From positions 66 through 64,065 of the forward strand of contig CAZWKE010000015.1 in NCBI GenBank assembly GCA_964634205.1: a stretch of 64,000 nt of DNA. Reading direction: 5' to 3'. A program made the translations under genes and the position numbers. Positions within the stretch are counted from its first letter, which is position 1. Each line of letters opens with the position of its first letter. The notes beneath the pieces were generated by a model. That model was not told where the DNA came from, ran no database searches, and was given only the letters and a program-made list of their open reading frames with translations. This stretch comes from an uncultured Spirochaetaceae bacterium. GTDB taxonomy: Bacteria > Spirochaetota > Spirochaetia > SZUA-6 > RPPD01. Shown here piece by piece: positions 27,198 through 37,065 of this stretch.

Positions 27198-28224
27198 ACG
27201 GGGAGTGTTCATATCGCTTCTCATCCTGTTTTGTCTATGTATTGTCGCTGCCGCCGGGCTGTTTTTCTCCGCCCTTGCGGACAATGCATTGATTATAAAT
27301 ACAAACGAGCGGTCGCTTCCCGCGGACCGCGGTTCGACCTGTTTTTATGCCATCAGCTATGCCAATCCCCTGCGTGCATTGTTTTTCCCCTTTAACGGAA
27401 ATTATTCACTTGAGTTCGAACAGGGGGGCGGATTGGTAACGACCGTTAAAAAGCAAGGCGGCTTTTTTATCCAAAGTACGGGCCAAAGCGGTACCGTGGT
27501 ATTCAGCGTAAATGTCGCCGGATTCAGACAGGGTTTCAACCTGCGCATCGATACGGATACCGCGGATACGGACGGCGACGGTTTTCCGGACGCGGTGGAG
27601 CTGGATTCGCCGGCGGACCGGGAAAGTTTTCGCCGCTGGTTTGTCAGTATTGCCGAAAGTCAGTTCTACGCGCCCTCGTATTCCTGGTATGACATACACC
27701 GGGACTGCGCCGGGTTGGTGGTATTTTCCTTTAAAGAGGCGCTGAAAAAGCACGGGACGGACTGGTTGAAAAATTTTCCCTACCTGGTAAAACAGGATAT
27801 CCCGGATGTGCGGAAATATCACTACCCGCGGGTGCCGCTTTTGGGAGACCGGATCTTTCGTACCGCCGGGGGAGGGTTCGCGGCGGGGGATGTAAAAAAC
27901 GGCGGTTTTGCCCCGGTTGCCGACGTAAATACCCTGATAAACCACAACCTGACGTTTATCGGCAAAGACCCCGGAGACTTTGCGGCGGGTGATATTTTGT
28001 TTTTCCTGCACACCGACAACCCGGACATGCCCTTTCATTCCATGATTTATACGGGAAGGGACGGGTGGCTGGTGTACCATACCGGCCCGTTGGACGACAA
28101 GCCGGAGGGAGAGGTGAGAAAAGTACGCCTGACGGATTTGTTGCTTCATCCGGACAGGAGTTGGGCGCCCGTGGCGGACAATCCCTGTTTTTTGGGTGCG
28201 TTTCGCTGGAATATTTTAATGTAG
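27175..28224 (+). CDS. A2M-associated secreted protein, putatively DUF1175 (YfaT/MagE-like), with an Asp-rich TSP3-like calcium-binding repeat
   Basis: GTG start overlapping the upstream gene. N-terminal TM/signal. DTDTADTDGDGFPDAVELD repeat. Position immediately 5' of the A2M gene. Confidence 0.45.
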   Translation: MKLRLSNKRGVFISLLILFCLCIVAAAGLFFSALADNALIINTNERSLPADRGSTCFYAISYANPLRALFFPFNGNYSLEFEQGGGLVTTVKKQGGFFIQSTGQSGTVVFSVNVAGFRQGFNLRIDTDTADTDGDGFPDAVELDSPADRESFRRWFVSIAESQFYAPSYSWYDIHRDCAGLVVFSFKEALKKHGTDWLKNFPYLVKQDIPDVRKYHYPRVPLLGDRIFRTAGGGFAAGDVKNGGFAPVADVNTLINHNLTFIGKDPGDFAAGDILFFLHTDNPDMPFHSMIYTGRDGWLVYHTGPLDDKPEGEVRKVRLTDLLLHPDRSWAPVADNPCFLGAFRWNILM

Positions 28225-28246
28225 CGATCATTAAGGAGGAGAAAGT

Positions 28247-31200
28247 ATGTTTACACAGAAGAAAGCCGGATTTTTGCTTTGGGTACTGTGTGTGGGCTGT
28301 ATCTTGTTTTTTAGCGGAGGCCCGCTGTTCGGCGAGCGTCCCTTTTACCTTTCCACGGACAGAAGTTTTACTCCGGGTGAAGGCATAAAAATCAGGGTTG
28401 AGTCCGCCCGCATTTCCACCCTGAAGATCAGGGTCTATAAAATAAAGGACCCCACCCAGTACTTTCTGACCCAGGATAATATCCACCGCCCCAAGGTCCG
28501 GGGGAGGTCAATGCGCTACTTTGCCCCGGAGGTTTTCAGCGGATTTGAGGACCACCTGCGCGTCTCCCTGCGGCATTGGGCCAGGCGGACCATCCCGGCG
28601 CTTAATCGCGGCAAGATCATGGAAACATACCCTGAGTTTGCGCGTAAATCGCGCGAGGGGCATTATAATCCGGAAAAGACTGTTGATTATATCAATGACG
28701 AAAACTTCAGCCTGGCACGGGAAGAGGAGTGTGTGCTGGAGGAGCGCGGCCATGACCTGAATGTCAATTATGTGTTTCTGAACAGTCTCTTACCGGGTAC
28801 CTATCTGATCGAGGGGATAAACGGGAGAAATGTGGCGTACACGGTCCTTAATATCGCGGAGTTCGGTTTTATCGTGAAAAAGGCCGGGGAGGACTGCCTT
28901 GTCTACACCGTAAACAACAAAACCGCGGAACCGTTGGCGGGGGTGGAGCTGACCGTATACAACCGTTTTAACCGCAAGGTGGGACAGCTGCGTTCGGACA
29001 ATAACGGCCTGGCCCGGGCGCGTTTGGCCGAAAATGATATATTTATCGTCGGCCGCAGCCCGCGGGGTGAGTACGCGTTTTATGATCCCAATTATTTCCC
29101 CTCCACGCTGCGCGACAATAATGTGTATATGTACACCGAACGGCCGGTGTATCGCGGCGGTGATACGGTATATTTCAAGGGAATTTACAGAAATTATAAA
29201 CAGGGCGTGTACAGCGCAACCGGCGCCGGAGAGATCGGGATGACCGTTATCGACGGCCGGGGGAACCGGGTACAGACGTTCACCGTGAACTCGGACAACC
29301 TGGGTATTTTTTCCGGAGAGTTCGCCCTGCCCAAGGACGCGGTTTCCGGGCGTTATACCCTTCTGGCGCGCATCGACGGAAAAGAGTACGAGGCTGAGTT
29401 CAAGGTGGAGTATTATAAAAAGCCGGAGTTCAAGGTAGAGGTCACCACACCGGAATCCGCCTATATCGGCGGGGCCGAACTGACCGCGAACGTCAGCGGG
29501 CTGTATTATTTCGGGGAGCCCCTGGCCGGGGCAACCGTGCATTACTCGGTCTACCGAACACGCTTTGCGGATACCCAATGGATGAACGACCAGGCCGGCG
29601 GGTTCTATGTCAGTGAGCAGGAGTATGTATACTCCCGACCGGAGTTGATCGAAAGCCGGGATGCCAGGCTTGACGGGAAAGGAAAGCTTTCGCTTCAGAT
29701 TAAAACACGCCATGAAAATGATCCCTTTACCTACCGGATTGAGGCTGCGGTTGTTTCCGACACCGGAACCAGGGTAACCGGCAGCACCCTGGTCAAGGTA
29801 TACCCTGCCGCCGTGCGCCTGGGCATCTCAACCGATAAGTTTGTGTACCTGGTGCGTGAAAAAGTGAACATAGAGGTAAGGCTGGCGGACATAAAAGGCA
29901 TGCCGCTGGCGGGCAAGGTAAAGGTGACGGCCACCTCAGGAAACCAGGTGATAGGGGACGGCTCGGTCAACACCTCCGCCAAGGGCGGGGGAGTGTTCCG
30001 GTTTTCCGCACGCAGCACGGGATTTGTGAAGGTCCTGGCCCAGGCACAGGACAAGGACGGCAATACGGTAAAAAGTGAAAAATACCTCTGGATTGGAGAA
30101 GAAGGCGCGAGTTACCAGTACAGCGGCGGGCTTATCAAGCTGGTCCTTGATAAATCCTCATATAAAACGGGCGAGCGGGCAAAGCTGCTTGTTATTTCCC
30201 CGGTGCCGGAGGTCAAATTCCTGCTGACGGTGGAGGGTGATGACATCTACAGCCATGAGGTGAAAAAACTCAGCGGCAACAGCGCTTTAATCGAGATTCC
30301 GTTATATGAAAAGTATATTCCGAATGTGTTTGTCGACGTCAGTTTTATTTTTAACAATCGCTTTTACAACAACAGCATAAAGATCAGTATTCCGCCTGAA
30401 CAACGGTTTTTAAATATCGATATTAAGCCGGAGAAAAAGGTGTATGAACCCGGGCAGACCGGCAGTATGCTGATAACGGTTACGGACAACAAGAACCGCC
30501 CGGTGGCGGGGGCGGACCTTTCCCTGTCCGTGGTGGATGAAGCCATCTACGGCATCTCCAACGAAATCGCGGTTGATATCCGGAAGTTTTTCTATCCCTT
30601 CCGGCGCAACAATGTCATGACCTGGTCTTCCATCGGGTTCAGGTTTTACGGATATGCCATGGACGTGTACAGCGAGCTTGCCCAGCGGTTTTACCGGGAC
30701 CCGACGGGGCTGGCCGCCTTCAAAGGAGGAGAGGCGGAACGCAAGGATTTTAAGGATACAATACTGTGGATCCCCTCCCTGAAAACAGACAGCCGGGGGC
30801 AGGCACGTGCCGAGGTCAAGTTTCCGGACAACATCACCCAATGGCGGGCCACGGTAGTGGGAATTACCGGGGACACCCTCGTGGGCAGGGCAACCGGGAG
30901 TGTCATCACCAAACTTGATTTTTTCACCGATATTTCCCTGCCTTCGTACCTGGATGAGAAGGACCGGTTCTCCATTTATAATAGCGTATACAACTATACG
31001 GATAAAAGCCTCAAGACAACCCTGACCATGAAAGCGGACAAGGCGGTCATAGCCGAACCGCTGCAGACCGTTACCGTGGAACCGCACAGCAGCACGCTGG
31101 TGCAATGGGACCTCACCGCCGCGGGACTGGGTGAGGCAAGCTTTACGCTGCAGGCCAATGCCGGCCGTTACAAGGACACCATCACCAAAAAAGTGACCAT

Positions 31201-32809
31201 CATCCCGCATTCCATTATGAAGGCTATCAATGTCAATGCCAAACTGGACAATCGGCACAACTCCATGAAATTTAGGATTCCGGAGAAGATGAAAAAGGGA
31301 AGTCAGACCCTGGAGGTAAACGTTTCCTATGGGTACGCTTCGGTTATCCTGGAATCGCTGGATTACCTTATAATGTATCCCTACGGCTGTGTTGAGCAGA
31401 CCACCAGCAGTTTTCTACCCAACCTGGTGGCGGTGAATGCCCTGAACAAAACCGGGCTGCATAATCCCCGTTACGAAAACCAGCTTGCCAAGAACATAGA
31501 ACACGGCCTGGCCAAGCTGTACGGGTTCCAGCTGCAGGACGGTTCCTGGGGTTGGTTCGGCGGAGGCGACAAAAACCTGTTTATGACCGCGTATGTGCTG
31601 TATGCCCTGACCCTTACCGGAAACCTGGGGTATGAGGTGGATACCGGCGTGTTGTCCCGTGGGCTTACCGCCCTGGGGAACAGGCTGGGAAATGCGCGCA
31701 ATGATACGGAAAAGGTGTACGCGCTTTATGTCCTGAGCCTGAACGCAAAAAAATATGAAAGCGTCTACTCCAGCCTGAAGAGCAGGGAAAAGGATTTGAA
31801 TCCCTACAGCCTGGCGCTGCTTGCCCTGACCGCGCTGAATTACAACAAAACCGCGGACGCACTGGACCTTGTGGGCCGGCTGAAGTACCAGGTAAAAAAG
31901 GACTCTGCCGGGAAGCTGGTGTACTGGGGAGACAGCCGCACAACCTCCTGGTATAAGGATGATGTGGAAACAACCGCCTGGGTACTGCGCGCCCTGATCA
32001 AAGTGGACCCCCGTGCGGACCTGATTCCCAGGGCCGTGGACTGGCTGTTTTTTCACAAGGACGGCAGCCGGTGGAAGTCTACGCGTGATACGGCGGCGGC
32101 AATTTTTGCCCTGTCCGATCTGCTTGCGGCCCGGGGTGAAAAAGAAAAGCAGGCCGGGTTTGACCTGAAGGTGAATAACACAAAACTGGGCAGGATCGAG
32201 TATACAAAAAACAGCTTTACCACCATGAAGCGTTTTTCGGCCGCGGAACTTGAGGGTGTCTTGCGCAAAGAGAACACGCTTTCCATTGAGGGGATCAACT
32301 CCGACCAGCCCCTGCTTGTCTCGCTTTCTTTTTCCTATTACACGGACGACAACCTGATTGCCGCGGATTCATCGGGCATCCGGATTACCCGGACATATTA
32401 TGAACTGAAGGAGAACCGCTCGTATTCGGGCAAAATAGAGTATGCCAAGGGCGAGGTGCTTTCAAGCTTTGAGACCGGTAAGAACGTCCTGGTGGAAATC
32501 GAGTTCGGATTAAACAACCGGGAGGATTATGTACTGATAGAGGATTATTTCCCCTCGGGCTGTACTCCGGTTAAGGACTTTAAACTGTCGTCAATCAGGG
32601 GATACTCCAATTCGGGACGGCCGGACTATGTTGATTTCCGTGATGACAAGGTAGCGTTCTTTTATTCGCGGGCCGGTTCTCATAAAATTTATTATGTGCT
32701 GCGTCCGGTGTTTGAGGGATCGTATGAGGTGATGCCCGCAACGGCTTCATTGATGTACTTTCCGTCTGTCAGGGGAAACTCCACCGACAGCCATGTTTCA
32801 ATTAAATAG
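28247..32809 (+). CDS. Alpha-2-macroglobulin family protein with intact thioester motif (bacterial A2M, 1520 aa)
   Basis: AAGGAGGA RBS. Signal peptide. Length and domain order typical of bacterial A2M. Thioester pentapeptide GCVEQ at about nt 31385-31399, with the characteristic downstream YALY/WGW region. Confidence 0.85.
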   Translation: MFTQKKAGFLLWVLCVGCILFFSGGPLFGERPFYLSTDRSFTPGEGIKIRVESARISTLKIRVYKIKDPTQYFLTQDNIHRPKVRGRSMRYFAPEVFSGFEDHLRVSLRHWARRTIPALNRGKIMETYPEFARKSREGHYNPEKTVDYINDENFSLAREEECVLEERGHDLNVNYVFLNSLLPGTYLIEGINGRNVAYTVLNIAEFGFIVKKAGEDCLVYTVNNKTAEPLAGVELTVYNRFNRKVGQLRSDNNGLARARLAENDIFIVGRSPRGEYAFYDPNYFPSTLRDNNVYMYTERPVYRGGDTVYFKGIYRNYKQGVYSATGAGEIGMTVIDGRGNRVQTFTVNSDNLGIFSGEFALPKDAVSGRYTLLARIDGKEYEAEFKVEYYKKPEFKVEVTTPESAYIGGAELTANVSGLYYFGEPLAGATVHYSVYRTRFADTQWMNDQAGGFYVSEQEYVYSRPELIESRDARLDGKGKLSLQIKTRHENDPFTYRIEAAVVSDTGTRVTGSTLVKVYPAAVRLGISTDKFVYLVREKVNIEVRLADIKGMPLAGKVKVTATSGNQVIGDGSVNTSAKGGGVFRFSARSTGFVKVLAQAQDKDGNTVKSEKYLWIGEEGASYQYSGGLIKLVLDKSSYKTGERAKLLVISPVPEVKFLLTVEGDDIYSHEVKKLSGNSALIEIPLYEKYIPNVFVDVSFIFNNRFYNNSIKISIPPEQRFLNIDIKPEKKVYEPGQTGSMLITVTDNKNRPVAGADLSLSVVDEAIYGISNEIAVDIRKFFYPFRRNNVMTWSSIGFRFYGYAMDVYSELAQRFYRDPTGLAAFKGGEAERKDFKDTILWIPSLKTDSRGQARAEVKFPDNITQWRATVVGITGDTLVGRATGSVITKLDFFTDISLPSYLDEKDRFSIYNSVYNYTDKSLKTTLTMKADKAVIAEPLQTVTVEPHSSTLVQWDLTAAGLGEASFTLQANAGRYKDTITKKVTIIPHSIMKAINVNAKLDNRHNSMKFRIPEKMKKGSQTLEVNVSYGYASVILESLDYLIMYPYGCVEQTTSSFLPNLVAVNALNKTGLHNPRYENQLAKNIEHGLAKLYGFQLQDGSWGWFGGGDKNLFMTAYVLYALTLTGNLGYEVDTGVLSRGLTALGNRLGNARNDTEKVYALYVLSLNAKKYESVYSSLKSREKDLNPYSLALLALTALNYNKTADALDLVGRLKYQVKKDSAGKLVYWGDSRTTSWYKDDVETTAWVLRALIKVDPRADLIPRAVDWLFFHKDGSRWKSTRDTAAAIFALSDLLAARGEKEKQAGFDLKVNNTKLGRIEYTKNSFTTMKRFSAAELEGVLRKENTLSIEGINSDQPLLVSLSFSYYTDDNLIAADSSGIRITRTYYELKENRSYSGKIEYAKGEVLSSFETGKNVLVEIEFGLNNREDYVLIEDYFPSGCTPVKDFKLSSIRGYSNSGRPDYVDFRDDKVAFFYSRAGSHKIYYVLRPVFEGSYEVMPATASLMYFPSVRGNSTDSHVSIK

Positions 32810-32821
32810 AAGGGGGCGGAT

Positions 32822-33496
32822 ATGAAGAAGATATGTTTGGGGTTGTTTTTACTGCTGTTTGCCGGGACCGTGACGTTGTGTGCCGATTATCTCCGTATTC
32901 TTTCACCGCGCGGCGGTTGGACCGATCAGCGCGTAATTACCATTTCCGGAGAGACGGACGCCCATGTGGACGCGGTCCGGGTGGTGTACAACAGTATTCC
33001 CCTGCGGCTGCCCGTACGAAGCGGGAGGTTCAGCCGCAATTTCGTCACCGCCCCGGGGCTGAACTCCATTTACGCGGAGGCCGAGTTCAAGGGGAAGGTA
33101 CTCTCGGATAATGTGTCCTTTTACGCGGAGGTACCCTCGAAGGCCATGAAGATCGTGATTATGTGGGACACGGACAAGACCGATGTGGATCTGCATGTGA
33201 AGGAGCCCACCGGTGAAGAGTGCTATTACGCCAATCCCCATACCAAGATCGGCGGGGCCCTGGATGTCGATATTACCACGGGGTACGGCCCCGAGGTGTA
33301 TACCCTGGCTTCGGCCACCAAGGGTACGTACAAGATCAGCGTTTACTACTACTCGGACCGCGGCAATCCCCAGACCCAGGTCAAGGTCTATGTGGTGCTG
33401 TATGAAGGCACTCCGAACGAGCGTATTCAGGAGTTCGAGACCATGCTGACCAAGACCGGGGTGGAAGTATATATCGATGCGGTCACGCTTGAATAA
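32822..33496 (+). CDS. Secreted protein, putatively DUF2135 (YfaP/MagA-like) A2M accessory protein
   Basis: Signal peptide. Conserved-looking block IVIMWDTDKTDVDLHVKEPTGEECYYANP...GGALDVDITTGYGPEVY. Confidence 0.45.
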   Translation: MKKICLGLFLLLFAGTVTLCADYLRILSPRGGWTDQRVITISGETDAHVDAVRVVYNSIPLRLPVRSGRFSRNFVTAPGLNSIYAEAEFKGKVLSDNVSFYAEVPSKAMKIVIMWDTDKTDVDLHVKEPTGEECYYANPHTKIGGALDVDITTGYGPEVYTLASATKGTYKISVYYYSDRGNPQTQVKVYVVLYEGTPNERIQEFETMLTKTGVEVYIDAVTLE

Positions 33497-34238
33497 GAAA
33501 GCACGCACGGCCTTACCCCTGCTCTTGCTGGGCCTGGTGCTTGCGGTGTCGCTTACGGGAGGTTCGTTTTCACGGGGGCGGTTTTATCTTCATGGAGACG
33601 GGTTTAGCGCGGATGAGGCCGGCCTGGTTATGGACACCCTGGAAAATGCGGAGCGGTTGTTAAGCGGTATCTATAATTATATTCCTGCTGAAAATCTGGA
33701 CATTATTGTGTTGTCCGGGGTATGGGAAATGAAAACTTCGTTTGGTGTAGGCCCCTGGGTGGGGGCGTATTATACCGGCTTTAAAACCTACCTGCAGCCC
33801 ATAGCGACCCTGAAAAAGCGCGAAGTACTTGCCAGGGTCCTGTTTATTGAGTACGCCCATTACTATCTGGACTCTTACACAAATCGGACCTGTCCGGCCT
33901 GGTTTAATGAGCTGTGCTCGTATTACCTTTTTCGCCTGTATACCGGTGCCCCGCCGGTTCCGGCCGCGCCGGCGGCCGGAGTTTCCTTCAGGCGCTATGC
34001 TGATTTTATCGATCTCTCCGCGAACATGAGGGATTATGACCGGCTGGAGTCATTTTACTATTACGCGGTGCGCTTTGTGCTGTTCTTACAGGAACGGCAC
34101 AGGCTGAACGCCTGCCTGGACCTGGTAAAAGCCATGCACCGCGGCATCTCGTTCAAGGATGCGGTAACACAGGCCGCGGGAAAATCCCCGGCCCGGTTGT
34201 TTGAAGAGGAGTTTTTGGCATGGCCCGCGGCAAAATAA
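33477..34238 (+). CDS. Hypothetical secreted protein in the A2M cluster
   Basis: 253 aa. Signal peptide MRSRLNKKARTALPLLLLGLVLAVS. Overlaps both neighbours. Confidence 0.45.
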   Translation: MRSRLNKKARTALPLLLLGLVLAVSLTGGSFSRGRFYLHGDGFSADEAGLVMDTLENAERLLSGIYNYIPAENLDIIVLSGVWEMKTSFGVGPWVGAYYTGFKTYLQPIATLKKREVLARVLFIEYAHYYLDSYTNRTCPAWFNELCSYYLFRLYTGAPPVPAAPAAGVSFRRYADFIDLSANMRDYDRLESFYYYAVRFVLFLQERHRLNACLDLVKAMHRGISFKDAVTQAAGKSPARLFEEEFLAWPAAK

Positions 34239-35185
34239 GCCCCGGCCTGCGTGCCGTAGTGCTGCTGGGGATGGCCTGCCTGGGATTTTTCGGACCGGAT
34301 GCCGTGGGGGCAAAGCGGGCAGCTGCCGAAAACAATACCGCCAGCAGTATGAGCGCGGTCTTACGGGACCTGGAGCGGCGCTATGGTGAGTTCGGCTGTA
34401 TTATCACCAATCCGCAGACCGGTGAGGTCCTGCTGATCTATAATGAGCCGCTGATTTCGCGCCGGCCCCTGTGCCCCGGATCACTGCTGAAGCCGTTCGG
34501 CCTGTTGGCCCTGGCCCGGTCCGCCTCCGTAGACCCGAAAACGGAAATTGTCTGTAAGGGCAAAACCCGGGGCGAGATCTCCTGCTGGCTGCAGGAAGGC
34601 CACGGCAGGATCAATCTGACCCAGGCCCTGGCCTATTCATGTAATTATTATTTTTATTATTTTTTTAAAGACCGCCTGCAAAAAGACGACTATGCATGGG
34701 TTCTTAAAAGTTTCGGCCTGCCCCCACTGCCCGGAATAACGGGTATGAGTAAGCAGGATTTTTATAAGGCGGCGGTCGGCCTTGACAGCGAATTGATGAT
34801 CACCCCCTTGCAGATGATCTATGCCTATAATGCGTTGTTCAACGGCGGAAAACTTTTCAATCCGGGGGGTGAGCGGACCCGCAGGATTTACGTTCCCGAT
34901 GACGTGCGGGACATCCTTGCCGGGGGAATGCGCGAATGCGCCCTCTACGGCACGGGAAAAAAAATCTATAAAAACAACCCGGGGATGGATATAATCATAA
35001 AAACCGGTACCGGGGCCAGCGTGAACATGGGAACCGAGGTATGGTATAAAAAGACCCGCTGGGTGGTGGTCCTGTCTCCGGGGCTTGATCCGGTATTCAG
35101 TATGCTGGTGGTCATGGAAAAGAAGGAATCGGAGGATATCCATGAGCTGACGATCGAACTGCTGCGTCAGCTTACCACCCGCTAA
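34220..35185 (+). CDS. Penicillin-binding-protein transpeptidase / class-D beta-lactamase-fold protein (standalone, secreted)
   Basis: SxxK (PGSLLKPF), SxN (YSCN) and KTG (IIKTGTG) motifs in the correct order and spacing. Signal peptide. Confidence 0.6.
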   Translation: MARGKISPGLRAVVLLGMACLGFFGPDAVGAKRAAAENNTASSMSAVLRDLERRYGEFGCIITNPQTGEVLLIYNEPLISRRPLCPGSLLKPFGLLALARSASVDPKTEIVCKGKTRGEISCWLQEGHGRINLTQALAYSCNYYFYYFFKDRLQKDDYAWVLKSFGLPPLPGITGMSKQDFYKAAVGLDSELMITPLQMIYAYNALFNGGKLFNPGGERTRRIYVPDDVRDILAGGMRECALYGTGKKIYKNNPGMDIIIKTGTGASVNMGTEVWYKKTRWVVVLSPGLDPVFSMLVVMEKKESEDIHELTIELLRQLTTR

Positions 35186-35223
35186 AACACGGGGATTATC
35201 CGCCGGCGGAGGGCGCGAGACGG

Positions 35224-36432
35224 TTGAGGAGTAAAAGGGTGCGCAGGATTTTTTTTCTGCTTGTTATGATAGGGACTGTTTGTGGAGTATCCGCCCAGGA
35301 CGGGTCCGACCTGGCCCGGGTGAATCTCAGCGGCTATGCCTATGTCCCTGAGTTTACGCTGACCTTTTCCCCGGGCTCACGCATAAACATCGACGGACGG
35401 CGGGTCTCCATGAGAAGCTGCCGCATTCTGCCCGCGCAAAAATCGCTGGTTACCGAAAAAAGCGGGCGCCTGATCTTTGAGCTGGTAACTATTCGACCCG
35501 CCAACGGTGATGTCACCGGGTTTACCACCCCGGTGGGTACGCAGCAGTTCAGGGGGCGTATTGAAATAAGGGCCGCCGATGAGGGGATTCTCATCATCAA
35601 CACCCTGCCCGTGCGGGACTACCTGGCTTCCGTACTGGGCGGTGAGATGGGAGAGAACTTCCGGGACGAGGCGCTGAAGGCCCAGGCCGTGGCCATCCGC
35701 AGTTACTACTACGCCAAGCGGCGGCTGAACCGGCGGCAGGCTTTTGATGTCAGTAATACCGACGGAGTGGACATGGTCTACCGCGGCAGCGGATTTGCCA
35801 CTGATAAAATGTATGAGATCATGAAACAGACCGCGGGCCTGTTTTTGGTCGGTCCGGACGAAAGGCCCGCCCTGGCCCTGTTCCATTCCACTTCGGGCGG
35901 CCTGATTCTCAAGGACAAGGTGTTTACCTCTGATTTTTACAACCCGCCGCAGGAGCCCGTGCTCCGCAAAGACACGGACGAAAAAGGCCGTCCCCTGGCC
36001 TCCTCTTCCCCGTACTTCACCTTTGACATTACCTTAAGCGGGGAGCAGTTGATCCGCGCGCTGTACCCGGTGGTCCGGCTCTCCCGGCTTACGGACATCA
36101 GGCTGCGCTATTTCCCGGGCACCGCATGTGTGGATTTTATCGGCCTGATCGACCAGGACGGCAATACCCACTGGATAAAGGGCTTCAACTTTGTTTCGCT
36201 GGTACAGCAGCATATTACCCTGGGCCTGGGGTCCATCGATTTCAGCGTACAGAAACAGGGGGGCCGTTTTCGCTTTACCGGCAGGGGATTCGGCCACCAA
36301 TGCGGTATGAGCCAGTACAGCGCGGAAAAACTGGCACAGGGTGGGTACGGCTTCAAACAGATTTTACGGCGCTATTACCCGCAGTATAAGCTGGTAGCTA
36401 TTCCGGCGGCTTCCGCACTGCTGCGCAAATAA
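35224..36432 (+). CDS. SpoIID/LytB-domain protein (peptidoglycan lytic enzyme / amidase activator family)
   Basis: EALKAQAVAIRSYYY, FHSTSGG and GRGFGHQCGMSQYSAEKLAQGG are hallmark SpoIID motifs. Signal peptide. Confidence 0.75.
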   Translation: MRSKRVRRIFFLLVMIGTVCGVSAQDGSDLARVNLSGYAYVPEFTLTFSPGSRINIDGRRVSMRSCRILPAQKSLVTEKSGRLIFELVTIRPANGDVTGFTTPVGTQQFRGRIEIRAADEGILIINTLPVRDYLASVLGGEMGENFRDEALKAQAVAIRSYYYAKRRLNRRQAFDVSNTDGVDMVYRGSGFATDKMYEIMKQTAGLFLVGPDERPALALFHSTSGGLILKDKVFTSDFYNPPQEPVLRKDTDEKGRPLASSSPYFTFDITLSGEQLIRALYPVVRLSRLTDIRLRYFPGTACVDFIGLIDQDGNTHWIKGFNFVSLVQQHITLGLGSIDFSVQKQGGRFRFTGRGFGHQCGMSQYSAEKLAQGGYGFKQILRRYYPQYKLVAIPAASALLRK

Positions 36433-36507
36433 GAAACCAAATGTAAAGAATAGTAGACATTCGGGAAATTCCTTAATATATTATAATTAATATATTAAGG
36501 AGAGCGT

Positions 36508-37059
36508 ATGAAACAATATTTATTGGCGTTTTTTTTTGCAAGTCTTCTTATCGTGGGAGCGTGCAGCTCCGCCAAGGAAAATACTTCGGTGACGGCACAG
36601 GCGACCGAGAGTAAGGGGGATCCCGATATGAGTAAAGCCGCGTTAAAGCAAAGGCTTACGCCTTTGCAGTACCATGTCACACAAGAAAACGGCACGGAAC
36701 GGCCCTTTATCAACAGGTACTGGAATAATGATGAACCCGGTATTTATGTGGATATTGTGTCCGGCGAGCCGCTGTTCAGTTCCCTGGACAAGTTCCATTC
36801 CGGTACGGGGTGGCCCAGCTTTACCAAGCCCCTGGTACCGGGCAATATCGTAGAGAAAACCGATTCCAGCAGTTTTATGGTCCGTACCGAGGTACGCAGT
36901 AAGCACGCCGATTCACATTTGGGACACGTATTCGATGACGGGCCGGCGCCCACGGGCCTGCGCTACTGTATAAACTCCGCGGCCCTGCGCTTTATTCCGG
37001 CGGCCGACCTGGAGAAAGAGGGCTACGGACAGTTTGCCAAGCTGTTTGCGAAGAAGTAA
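36508..37059 (+). CDS. msrB: Peptide-methionine (R)-S-oxide reductase MsrB, lipoprotein form
   Basis: Lipobox [24 protein letters not shown] and RYCINSAAL are the SelR catalytic motifs. Confidence 0.85.
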   Translation: MKQYLLAFFFASLLIVGACSSAKENTSVTAQATESKGDPDMSKAALKQRLTPLQYHVTQENGTERPFINRYWNNDEPGIYVDIVSGEPLFSSLDKFHSGTGWPSFTKPLVPGNIVEKTDSSSFMVRTEVRSKHADSHLGHVFDDGPAPTGLRYCINSAALRFIPAADLEKEGYGQFAKLFAKK

Positions 37060-37065
37060 GGTCTG

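Noticed and set aside
28790-32056. Long minus-strand ORFs (307, 282, 213 aa) inside the A2M gene
   Set aside because: They are antisense to a well-supported 1520-aa coding region in GC-rich DNA. Their translations are low-complexity Gly/Pro/Arg-rich, with no motifs or RBS, which is typical of GC-driven shadow ORFs.
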